Of a stretch of 14,528 nucleotides of DNA, positions 1 through 6,772 are shown in pieces. The stretch comes from Candidatus Hadarchaeota archaeon (GTDB lineage Archaea; CAYQAE01; CAYVLA01): contig CAYWSC010000011.1 of assembly GCA_964460695.1 (NCBI GenBank), positions 1-14,528 of the forward strand, given 5' to 3'. Position numbers and translations under genes: made by a program. Within the stretch, counting starts at the first letter, position 1; every line of letters starts with the position of its first letter. The notes beneath the pieces were generated by a model. It did not search any database, had not been told where the DNA came from, and was given only the letters and a program-made list of their open reading frames with translations.

Positions 1-740
1 ACGCGATGGCCCTCAAGGCAGAACATGCCATCGAGATCCTTGAGACGCAGGGACCGAGGCAGACCCTCTCATACATGAAGAGGATGATGCAGGATGCCCA
101 AGTTCGGGGTGCGCCTCGCTCGACCAAGTCGTTTGTCAAAGACGAGTCGATATCGGCCTTCACGGAATACCTAGAGAGACTGGTATACGCGGGTGCAGAT
201 CATCCGAAGATGTCCATGGTCGAGAAAATCGTCCTAGAGGAGATTAGGAAGAATCCTGAGAGTCGAATCATAGTCTTCACGAACTTCCGCGACACCGTCG
301 ACTTGATAGTGGAGCGGCTCTCCAGATACCCCCTCCTCCGGGTCACGAGATTCGTCGGCCAGTCTTCGAGAAGGTCTGCAGGCCTAACCCAGAGGGAGCA
401 GAGCAGAATCCTGGATCTCTTTAGAAGCGGCCGCTTCAACGTCCTGGTCGCCACCTCTGTGGCTGAGGAAGGCCTGGACATAGCTGAGGTCCAGATGGTG
501 CTTTTCTACGACTGCACGCCAAGCGCGATAAGGAACATTCAGAGAAGGGGCCGGACGGGCAGGAAAGGAGCCGGAAGGGTGGTCATCCTGATCACAGAGA
601 ACACGAGGGAAGAGGCCTACCACTGGGCAGGACAGAGCAGAGAGAAGAAGATGAGACAGCTTCTTAGGAGGATCGATGAGTCCCTCAAGAAGAGGCAGTT
701 GAGCCTCGACAGCTTCTACGCTGCTAGAACCTCCTCCTGA
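1..740 (+). CDS. Superfamily-2 helicase, C-terminal (HELICc) part, Hef/ERCC4-helicase-like; 5'-truncated by the window edge
   Basis: Translation of 6..740 carries helicase motifs IV-VI: IIVFTNFRDTVDLI, VLVATSVAEEGLDI, QRRGRTGR. The N-terminal DEAD/DEAH half is missing, so the gene must continue upstream of position 1. The ORF stops about 80 aa after motif VI with no nuclease domain. Confidence 0.8.
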   Translation, partial: AMALKAEHAIEILETQGPRQTLSYMKRMMQDAQVRGAPRSTKSFVKDESISAFTEYLERLVYAGADHPKMSMVEKIVLEEIRKNPESRIIVFTNFRDTVDLIVERLSRYPLLRVTRFVGQSSRRSAGLTQREQSRILDLFRSGRFNVLVATSVAEEGLDIAEVQMVLFYDCTPSAIRNIQRRGRTGRKGAGRVVILITENTREEAYHWAGQSREKKMRQLLRRIDESLKKRQLSLDSFYAARTSS

Positions 741-1053
741 ACTCCCTCTTCCTCAGAATCCTTAGCAAGACGCATTTGAGCTTGTAGTTGTCCGAGGCGG
801 CGCTCCCGTTCTTAAGCTCGTACTCGACTGCGCCTAGAATGTCTTCGGTCTTGTTCTTTATCCCCTTTGCGAACATTCCCATGCTGCCCTTGCTGTACAG
901 GTCGGCTGACTGTTTGTACAGCTCGGCAGCCTTCTTGAGGAGAGCGACGCGCAGCTGGTGGTCGTTCTTCTCCTTGTATGCCTTTATCAGGCACATGTCT
1001 GCCTGTCCCTCAAGCCAAGAAGCTTTTCTGACGTGGTCGGCCTCGAACCTCAA
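724..1053 (-). CDS. Small hypothetical alpha-helical protein (MIT-/TPR-like three-helix pattern); convergent with the helicase and overlapping it by 17 nt
   Basis: 109-aa ORF with protein-like composition (KAYKEKNDHQLRVALLKKAAELYKQSADLY...IKNKTEDILGAVEYELKN). The antisense ORF 788..1138(+) is low-complexity and looks spurious. An AT-rich TATA-like element lies about 30-40 nt upstream at roughly 1080-1095. Confidence 0.45.
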   Translation of the reverse strand: MRFEADHVRKASWLEGQADMCLIKAYKEKNDHQLRVALLKKAAELYKQSADLYSKGSMGMFAKGIKNKTEDILGAVEYELKNGSAASDNYKLKCVLLRILRKREFRRRF

Positions 1054-1079
1054 GCTAGCACCGGGCGCGAAATGGAGGC

Positions 1080-1096
1080 TGTTGAAATATAAATCT
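1080..1096 (-). promoter_or_regulatory. Candidate archaeal TATA-like element (TTTATATTTC on the minus strand) upstream of the small gene starting at 1053
   Basis: This is the only AT-rich block in an otherwise GC-rich intergenic region, at the right distance upstream of the start codon. Confidence 0.3.
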
Positions 1097-1185
1097 TATT
1101 TCGAATTTGAAAAGTTGCCGATTAATTTTCGCCGGTAACGCTACGAAACTACAACTCTCACAATGTCTCGCTGGCAACACGGCGT

Positions 1186-2031
1186 CTAGGGCATCAGCCT
1201 CAGCTTGAAGTCTATGGCCCTCGGGGAGTGGGTCAGCAACCCTATCGAGATGACATCCACCCCCAGCCTAGCGAGCTCCCTCACCTCCTCGAGCGATACG
1301 TTGCCGGATGCCTCCACCGTGACGGAGTCTCTAAGGCCTCTCTCCTTGAGAAGATCCAAGGCGGCAGAGATCTCCTCTCTAGACATATTGTCAAGCATCA
1401 CTATGTCGGCCCCCGCCTCCGCCGCAGCTGCTGCTCCGTCTGGACTGCTAACCTCCACCTCGATCTTCCGCACGAAGCTCGCCCTGCCCTTGGCCGCCTG
1501 GACGCAGGAGGACACGTCGCCGAAAGCCCTCACATGGTTGTCCTTGATCAGAACGCAGTCATGGAGAGCCATCCTATGGGTATCCCCGCCTCCCAGCTCG
1601 ACGGCCCGCTTGTCGAGCCACCTAAGGCCTGGGGCAGTCTTCCTAGTGGCAGCCACCTTCACATCGGGATTGCCGAGACGTGCCTCCTCGGCGAACCTGG
1701 AGGTGAGGGTCGCTATGCCGCTCATCCTCGAAAGAATGTTGAGAAGCGACCTCTCAAGAACCAAGATGGAGTCTTCTTTGCCGTGGAGTTCCAGCACGGT
1801 CTCGTCAGCCTTCACCCTCTCTCCATCCCCGCGAAGGGGCTCGCATTCCACCTCGAACATCTCTGCCAGTTCCAGCGACTCCCTGACTCCGGCTAGGACG
1901 CATTCCTCCCTCGGGAAGACCTCCGCCTCCACAACCACGGGCCTTGCCAGAATCTCCGTTGTCAGATCGCCGAAGTAGAGGTCCTCCTCAAGTATCCTCA
2001 AAAGCCTCTTTCTCAGGATCGGGTCTGCCAT
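1186..2031 (-). CDS. nadC: Nicotinate-nucleotide pyrophosphorylase (carboxylating) / quinolinate phosphoribosyltransferase
   Basis: 281 aa. The N-terminus LRILEEDLYFGDLTT and the central RKTAPGLRWLDKRAV...DNMS region are typical QPRTase. It is the last gene of the nadX-nadA-nadC cluster and sits only 2 nt from the nadA stop. Confidence 0.9.
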   Translation of the reverse strand: MADPILRKRLLRILEEDLYFGDLTTEILARPVVVEAEVFPREECVLAGVRESLELAEMFEVECEPLRGDGERVKADETVLELHGKEDSILVLERSLLNILSRMSGIATLTSRFAEEARLGNPDVKVAATRKTAPGLRWLDKRAVELGGGDTHRMALHDCVLIKDNHVRAFGDVSSCVQAAKGRASFVRKIEVEVSSPDGAAAAAEAGADIVMLDNMSREEISAALDLLKERGLRDSVTVEASGNVSLEEVRELARLGVDVISIGLLTHSPRAIDFKLRLMP

Positions 2032-2033
2032 CC

Positions 2034-3005
2034 TTACCTCCTCCCCAGATCCAGCATCCTCTGCGTCACCCTTCTCACGTCTCTCGCTATGGATGGATCG
2101 ACTTTGACCTCGTACTTATCGTTTTCTAGGGAATCTTTGAGCTTCTCCATGTCTATTGAGCGCATACCTCGGCACAGGGCCTCGCTGAGCGCAGGGAAGA
2201 ACCTCTTTTCGGGGAAGAGCCTGGCGAGGGTCTCGGCCATGGTGGCCTCGGTTCCGATGATGAACTCGTCGGCATCCGACTCCCGGGCCCTTGCAACCAT
2301 CCCCCCTGTGCTAACGACATAGTCAGCCAGGTCGACAACCTCTGGGTTGCATTCAGGATGGATGAGGATCTCGGCTGCCGGATGTATCCTCTTAGCCCTT
2401 TGTATGTCCTGCGTCGTAATCATCTTGTGCACGTAGCAGCCACCATCATCGGGAAGGGGTATGATGACCTTTTCCGGGAGCTGACTCTGAACGTACAGGG
2501 CCAGGTTCCTGTCGGGTCCAAACAGGATCTCCTCCTGCTCCAAGGACGAAACCACCTTCACGGCGTTTGCCGAGGTACATATCACGTCGGCCTCCGCCTT
2601 CGCCGAGGCTAATGAGTTTATGTAGAGGACTACGGCAGCTTCTGGATGCTGCCGCCTGGCCGCCCTGACCTGTTCTGGCCTCAGCATCGCCGCCATATCG
2701 CAGATGGCACGCCGGCTAGGGACGTAGACATCCTTGTCGGGGTTGAGGACAGACGCGCTCTCCGCCATGAAGTCCACGCCGCAGAAGACTATCCTTTCGA
2801 ATCCCTTTGATCGCGATGCGGCCATACATAACTCTAGGGAGTCCCCCACGTGGTCCGAGACCTCCTGTATCTCGGTCGGCTGATAGTTATGGCAGAGTAT
2901 CAGCGCTTTCTTCTCCTTCTTGAGCCGAAGAACTGCCTCTTTCAGGCCTTTCCTGTCAACCAATCTCAACATCGACCTAGGTCCCGATAACGATGCTTTC
3001 CTCAA
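2034..3005 (-). CDS. nadA: Quinolinate synthase A
   Basis: 323 aa with NadA hallmarks: ALILCHNYQ, FCGVDFMAE, ILIHPEC, TGGM. The called start at 3005 overlaps nadX by 29 nt. An in-frame ATG at 2972 (MLRLVDRKG...) is an alternative start that would remove the overlap. Confidence 0.9.
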   Translation of the reverse strand: MRKASLSGPRSMLRLVDRKGLKEAVLRLKKEKKALILCHNYQPTEIQEVSDHVGDSLELCMAASRSKGFERIVFCGVDFMAESASVLNPDKDVYVPSRRAICDMAAMLRPEQVRAARRQHPEAAVVLYINSLASAKAEADVICTSANAVKVVSSLEQEEILFGPDRNLALYVQSQLPEKVIIPLPDDGGCYVHKMITTQDIQRAKRIHPAAEILIHPECNPEVVDLADYVVSTGGMVARARESDADEFIIGTEATMAETLARLFPEKRFFPALSEALCRGMRSIDMEKLKDSLENDKYEVKVDPSIARDVRRVTQRMLDLGRR

Positions 3006-3762
3006 TGCCTTGAATGGCCCTCATCACGGACAGGGCGGCTAGGTAGCTCGTTCTGGGATTGTCCGGCGAGGGGAGATTGGAGATGAAGAACTTTGCCTCT
3101 CCGAAAGCCCCCTTAACCTCCACTTCGTGCACGTTGGTCCTAATCTTTGGGTCTACAAAGATCCTCACGTGAGGCCTCACACCGGACGCAATGGCTAGGG
3201 CAGCTGCAACATTGATGTTCCTCGGATAGAGCTCCACTGCCCTCTCCACGCTTCCCTCGAAAACAAGCCTGCGCTCAGTCGTCTCTTCCATGCCCAGACT
3301 GGCAGGATTCTTGGTAGTGGTGAGGGTGATGCTCTCTATCCCCCCTAGCGATCCCGCCTTGAGAACATCGAGTCCGCCGATCGCCCCCGATGGCACAATG
3401 ATCTTGCACCCATGCTCGCTCGCCAGTGACACCAGCCTTGCCCTCAACCCGTCGTCGAGGAGTGCACCGACGCTGAGAACCATCAGGTCTTTTCCGGACC
3501 TCAGAACCCTTTCGGAGTACTGCTTCACCGCGTCCACGCTCGCAGCTTCAACGACCAGCTGAACCTCACTCTTCATGAACTCGTCGAAGCTCTCCTTGGC
3601 CAGCGAGGGATCCCCAAGACGGTGGGCAAGTAGCTTTGACCGGTCGACCTTCGAGTCAAAAAGTGCCCCTATCGAGGCGCGTATCTTTCCCTCTCTCACG
3701 GCCTTTGCGACTAGACTCCCGACGTTGCCGCATCCGATAAGGCCTATGATCGTACCTCTCAC
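2977..3762 (-). CDS. nadX: L-aspartate dehydrogenase (NAD(P)-dependent), first enzyme of the NadX route to iminoaspartate
   Basis: 261 aa, GTG start. An N-terminal Rossmann motif IGLIGCGNVG is followed by aspartate-dehydrogenase-type sequence. It lies directly upstream of nadA and nadC on the same strand. Confidence 0.85.
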   Translation of the reverse strand: MRGTIIGLIGCGNVGSLVAKAVREGKIRASIGALFDSKVDRSKLLAHRLGDPSLAKESFDEFMKSEVQLVVEAASVDAVKQYSERVLRSGKDLMVLSVGALLDDGLRARLVSLASEHGCKIIVPSGAIGGLDVLKAGSLGGIESITLTTTKNPASLGMEETTERRLVFEGSVERAVELYPRNINVAAALAIASGVRPHVRIFVDPKIRTNVHEVEVKGAFGEAKFFISNLPSPDNPRTSYLAALSVMRAIQGIEESIVIGT

Positions 3763-3903
3763 TTCCTCAAATATAGGGCTCGCGGCGACGGCGGGCTATT
3801 AATGTATCTCAAAACCGCCATGCACTCCTTGAGGGGACACCCAGAGTGGGATTCCAAGCAACAGAGCCATGTCTCGACCGTTCAGTTACGGCCTAGCCTA
3901 ACC

Positions 3904-4326
3904 CTAGCTGCCCCTAGCCTGAACCTCCATGATCTTCTCCAAGAGCTCTAGGAGCTCAGAGAGGGCCTTGCAGTCTCCTTGAACCTCGACCCAGTCGCGG
4001 CCACTCGAAAGCTTCTCAGAATACTCCGAGATCTTCTGAACCACGGAGGCTCTCGCCTTCGAGAGAACTTCTTCGACATCTGGGGCCCCACGCTCCTCCC
4101 GGGGCTCGCCCTTCTTCTCTTCGACGGCCTTTCGAGGGGGCTCCTCCTCTTTTGGAGCCTTAGACTCCTTTTCCACCGAGGGTTTTCTCTTCTCTGCCTC
4201 CCACCCGCATCTAGGGCAGAAAGTCCTTCCCTGATACTGGAACAGGGGAGCGTTACACTTGGGGCAGCTCCTGTTAAGCATCTTCCCCCCTTTGAGAAGG
4301 ATCTCAGCCATGTCCTTTATCTCCAT
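3904..4326 (-). CDS. UPF0148 family zinc-ribbon protein (Sjogren syndrome/scleroderma autoantigen-1/p27-like, Auto_anti-p27 fold)
   Basis: MAEILLKGGKMLNRSCPKCNAPLFQYQGRTFCPRCG has a C4 zinc ribbon preceded by the conserved LL+G.+ML helix; the family is established knowledge. The ORF track extends the gene to 4389, where its ATG overlaps the neighbouring start by 1 nt. I prefer ATG 4326 (MEIKD...) or 4311 because that leaves a roughly 60-bp divergent promoter region containing TATA-like elements. Confidence 0.7.
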   Translation of the reverse strand: MEIKDMAEILLKGGKMLNRSCPKCNAPLFQYQGRTFCPRCGWEAEKRKPSVEKESKAPKEEEPPRKAVEEKKGEPREERGAPDVEEVLSKARASVVQKISEYSEKLSSGRDWVEVQGDCKALSELLELLEKIMEVQARGS

Positions 4327-4388
4327 GTGAACCGCCGAAAAGAGATTTATAGGTTCCACCTTAAAGCTTTGCTCAGGAGGGCTCTTCA
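4327..4388. promoter_or_regulatory. Putative shared divergent promoter region of the UPF0148/UPF0147 pair
   Basis: On the minus strand, CCTATAAATC (plus coordinates about 4340-4349) lies about 20-35 nt upstream of the 4326/4311 ATGs. On the plus strand, TTAAAGCTTT (about 4361-4370) lies about 25 nt upstream of the 4389 start. Confidence 0.3.
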
Positions 4389-4646
4389 TTGGACGTTGAG
4401 GAAAGGATAAACGCAGTCGCGCGGGTTCTTGAGCAGATCACTGAGGATACTTCCGTTCCAAGAAACATCAGGCGGGCAGCCAAAGAGGCCTACGACTGGC
4501 TTCAGGACAAGTCCCACACACCCGGTGTCAGGGCAAGTTCGGCCGTAAATATCCTGGACGAGATAAGCGAAGACCCCAACATGCCCGTTCACACCAGGAC
4601 GATGATCTGGAACATCGTCAGCGAACTGGAAGTGATAAAGGATTAA
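4389..4646 (+). CDS. UPF0147 family protein (small conserved archaeal protein, function unknown)
   Basis: 85 aa, ...TSVPRNIRRAAKEAYDWL..., characteristic of archaeal UPF0147. It uses a TTG start as called and is divergent from the UPF0148 gene, an arrangement recurrent in archaeal genomes. Confidence 0.65.
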   Translation: MDVEERINAVARVLEQITEDTSVPRNIRRAAKEAYDWLQDKSHTPGVRASSAVNILDEISEDPNMPVHTRTMIWNIVSELEVIKD

Positions 4647-4811
4647 CGCCCGCGTCGGATTCTCGCCGCCCATAGGGCTGACGGACGTGGACATCAGTAG
4701 ATAACGTACTCAATTATGTAGAAGACCATGGCCAGCACAATGGCCCAGTACAAAATGCTGAAATAAAGGAACCTCACTCGCTGTCCACCGACCCAACCCC
4801 CGCCCATTTGG

Positions 4812-4866
4812 CTTAAAAATATTTTCTAGCCTTTAAAAGGGAAGAGAACGGCTGCTTTTTTCCTCT
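4812..4866. terminator. Bidirectional oligo-T/oligo-A terminator region between convergent genes
   Basis: ttaaaaatattttct and gctgcttttttcctctt are T-runs on the plus strand downstream of the UPF0147 gene. Their complements give T-runs on the minus strand downstream of the 4873 stop. Archaeal termination at oligo-T tracts is established knowledge. Confidence 0.35.
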
Positions 4867-4872
4867 TATGCC

Positions 4873-5448
4873 CTACGGAGTCCGCTCCGCCCTCTTTTTC
4901 AGGATCCTGTAGCTCTCCACTTTTTTCCCATCTTCAGCGGCGTCCAGAATCACGCTACAGACGTAGAATAGTGCAGGGTGAACCATGTTCTCCACGGACT
5001 CTGTCCTCCTGGCATCTTCGAGGAGGAGGACCGCGGAACTTTTGGACAGACCAAGCAACGCGGGGCCGAGTCGCGTCCAGAGCTCCTTCTTCTCCTCAAA
5101 TCGAGCCACAATCTCAAAGGACGAGACGAGAGATCCTGCCCGGTTTATCACCAACAGCTGGATATCGGCCAGCCTTGCCATGGATCTTACTGCCAGAAGG
5201 ATCTGCTCCACACTTTCAGGGTGTCCGATCAGGATTCTACTGGAAGCCTGCTGCGAAATCCCGGAGAGAGAAATCGTCCGGTCACAGTCCAACAGGGCCG
5301 CGCGTCCACCGCCATCGACAGCCTTCGAGGCAGCCAGAAGAGCTAGCTCAATGTTTGCCCTCGGATGGTAGCCCAGAGCGAGAGAAATCCCAGACCCCAG
5401 AACAAGATGTGCCGCCTCATCCAGAGGCAGGAGGCCATCGTTACTCAT
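4873..5448 (-). CDS. RecA-superfamily (KaiC-/RadA-like fold) protein with a degenerate Walker A, a putative pseudo-ATPase
   Basis: The layout follows the KaiC/RecA core (beta1-Ploop, ...LLVINRAGSLVSSFE Walker-B-like strand, ...LLLEDARR...). The P-loop position reads LVLGSGISLALGY, with no GK[ST]. The start is probably ATG 5448 (MSNDG...) with AAGGTG 5 nt upstream. The ORF track extends to GTG 5520. Confidence 0.45.
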   Translation of the reverse strand: MSNDGLLPLDEAAHLVLGSGISLALGYHPRANIELALLAASKAVDGGGRAALLDCDRTISLSGISQQASSRILIGHPESVEQILLAVRSMARLADIQLLVINRAGSLVSSFEIVARFEEKKELWTRLGPALLGLSKSSAVLLLEDARRTESVENMVHPALFYVCSVILDAAEDGKKVESYRILKKRAERTP

Positions 5449-5755
5449 CGCGGCACCTTTCGAATGGGGGATAGCCCGGTACGGATTTCCGGCCTCTCTG
5501 GCTTTCGAACCGCAGTCCACGGATATCTCCGAGCCTCACTCACCAGAGTCCGTGATGCTTCCGTGGGGGCCTTGCTCCCTGACCACTACACCACCGGGCT
5601 ATCTGTCATAATTTGGTCCAGATCATTCTTAACTATTTCCGGCATTCGCGTTTAGGTCTTTTTGCCCCCTCTCACACGGCGGCTGGGACGAACAACGAGA
5701 AAAGAGATATTAGAGAAATGAGGGGTCCTCGCCACGAGGTGTCTCGTTGGCGAAG

Positions 5756-6772
5756 ATGAAACAAGCTAACCTCGTGGCGACCGAGAAGATCGTAATAGAG
5801 GAGGCCGAAGTTCCCGAACCCGCGGAGAACGAGGTTCAGATAAAGGTGGCCGTCTGCGGCATCTGCGGCTCCGACGTGCACGCATACCACGGCCGGCATC
5901 CCTTCGTCCACCCGCCAATCGTTCCCGGTCACGAATTCTCGGGGACCGTCTCGAAGTTGGGCGAAGGGGTGGAAGGACTTGAGGTCGGTGACAGAGTGGT
6001 CGTCGAGCCATCCCTCACCTGTGGGAAATGCTTCAACTGTAAGACGGGCAGGTACAACATCTGCACCGAACTCAAGGTACTCGGCTGTCAGGCACCAGGT
6101 GCCTTTGCCCAGTACATCGTCGTCCCTGCTAACAAGGTCTACAAGATGCCGGAGGGCATGACCTTCGACCAGGGAGCCCTCATCGAGCCGGCTGCCGTCG
6201 GAGTTCACGCCGTCCGGAGAAGCGAGATATCGCTCGGCGACAGAGTGGTGGTTCTAGGAGCGGGCGTGATAGGACTGATGATCATGCAGGCTGCTAGGGC
6301 CGCCGGTGCAGGGGAGATCATCATAACTGGTCATCACGAGGAGCGTCTGGCCGTCGCAAGGAAGCTCGGAGCCGACGTGACGTTCCTCGCCGGCGACACG
6401 GTCAAGTTCATAAGAGACAGATATGGCCCTGACGGGATAGACATAGTCTACGAGGCAGTCGGCGTGGGAACCACGATCAATGAGGCGATCGAGATAGCTC
6501 GGAAGGGGACCAAGATCGTTGTCGTTGGCGTCTTCGGCCAAGACCCACCCACCAAGATTGGTCTAGTTCAGGACCACGAGATAGATATGCGGGGATCGCT
6601 GATGTACGTGAACGAGGACTACCCGAGGACCCTCGAGCTCGTCTCCTCGGGCAGGATCCAGACAGACCCACTGGTCAGCGCAAGATACCCCCTTGAGAAG
6701 ATAGCTGACGGATTCAAACATATCCGGGAGAAGAGGGGAGAGACCCTCAAGGTCCTAGTCGACATCCCGTAG
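5756..6772 (+). CDS. Zinc-dependent medium-chain alcohol/polyol dehydrogenase (threonine/sorbitol dehydrogenase-like)
   Basis: Catalytic Zn ligands CGICGSDVH and GHEFSG; structural-Zn Cys cluster CGKCFNCKTGRYNIC; Rossmann motif VVLGAGVIGLM. The called TTG start at 5747 (MAKMKQ) is less likely than ATG 5756 (MKQ...). Confidence 0.85.
   Translation: MKQANLVATEKIVIEEAEVPEPAENEVQIKVAVCGICGSDVHAYHGRHPFVHPPIVPGHEFSGTVSKLGEGVEGLEVGDRVVVEPSLTCGKCFNCKTGRYNICTELKVLGCQAPGAFAQYIVVPANKVYKMPEGMTFDQGALIEPAAVGVHAVRRSEISLGDRVVVLGAGVIGLMIMQAARAAGAGEIIITGHHEERLAVARKLGADVTFLAGDTVKFIRDRYGPDGIDIVYEAVGVGTTINEAIEIARKGTKIVVVGVFGQDPPTKIGLVQDHEIDMRGSLMYVNEDYPRTLELVSSGRIQTDPLVSARYPLEKIADGFKHIREKRGETLKVLVDIP

Noticed and set aside
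788-1138. 116-aa plus-strand ORF overlapping the 724..1053 minus-strand gene
   Set aside because: Its composition is low-complexity (SSYSTAPRMSSVLFFIPF...) and it would run through the AT-rich promoter-like block. The minus-strand frame looks like a genuine helical protein.
1205-1978. Long plus-strand ORFs (257 and 222 aa) antisense to nadC
   Set aside because: They are Ser/Pro/Arg/Leu-rich low-complexity translations with no domain-like pattern. The opposite strand encodes an unmistakable NadC, and long antisense ORFs are expected in GC-rich DNA.
4386-4694. 102-aa minus-strand ORF antisense to the UPF0147 gene
   Set aside because: UPF0147 is a recognisable conserved family in the plus frame. 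The antisense ORF is probably spurious.
4741-4779. Tiny ORF ATGGCCAGCACAATGGCCCAGTACAAAATGCTGAAATAA (12 aa) in the convergent intergenic region
   Set aside because: It is too short, lacks an RBS or promoter context, and sits in what is most simply a terminator region.
4971-5474. Three overlapping plus-strand ORFs (122-167 aa) opposite the KaiC-like gene
   Set aside because: They are Arg/Pro/Ser-rich and mutually overlapping in different frames. The minus-strand frame has an interpretable fold and a good RBS.
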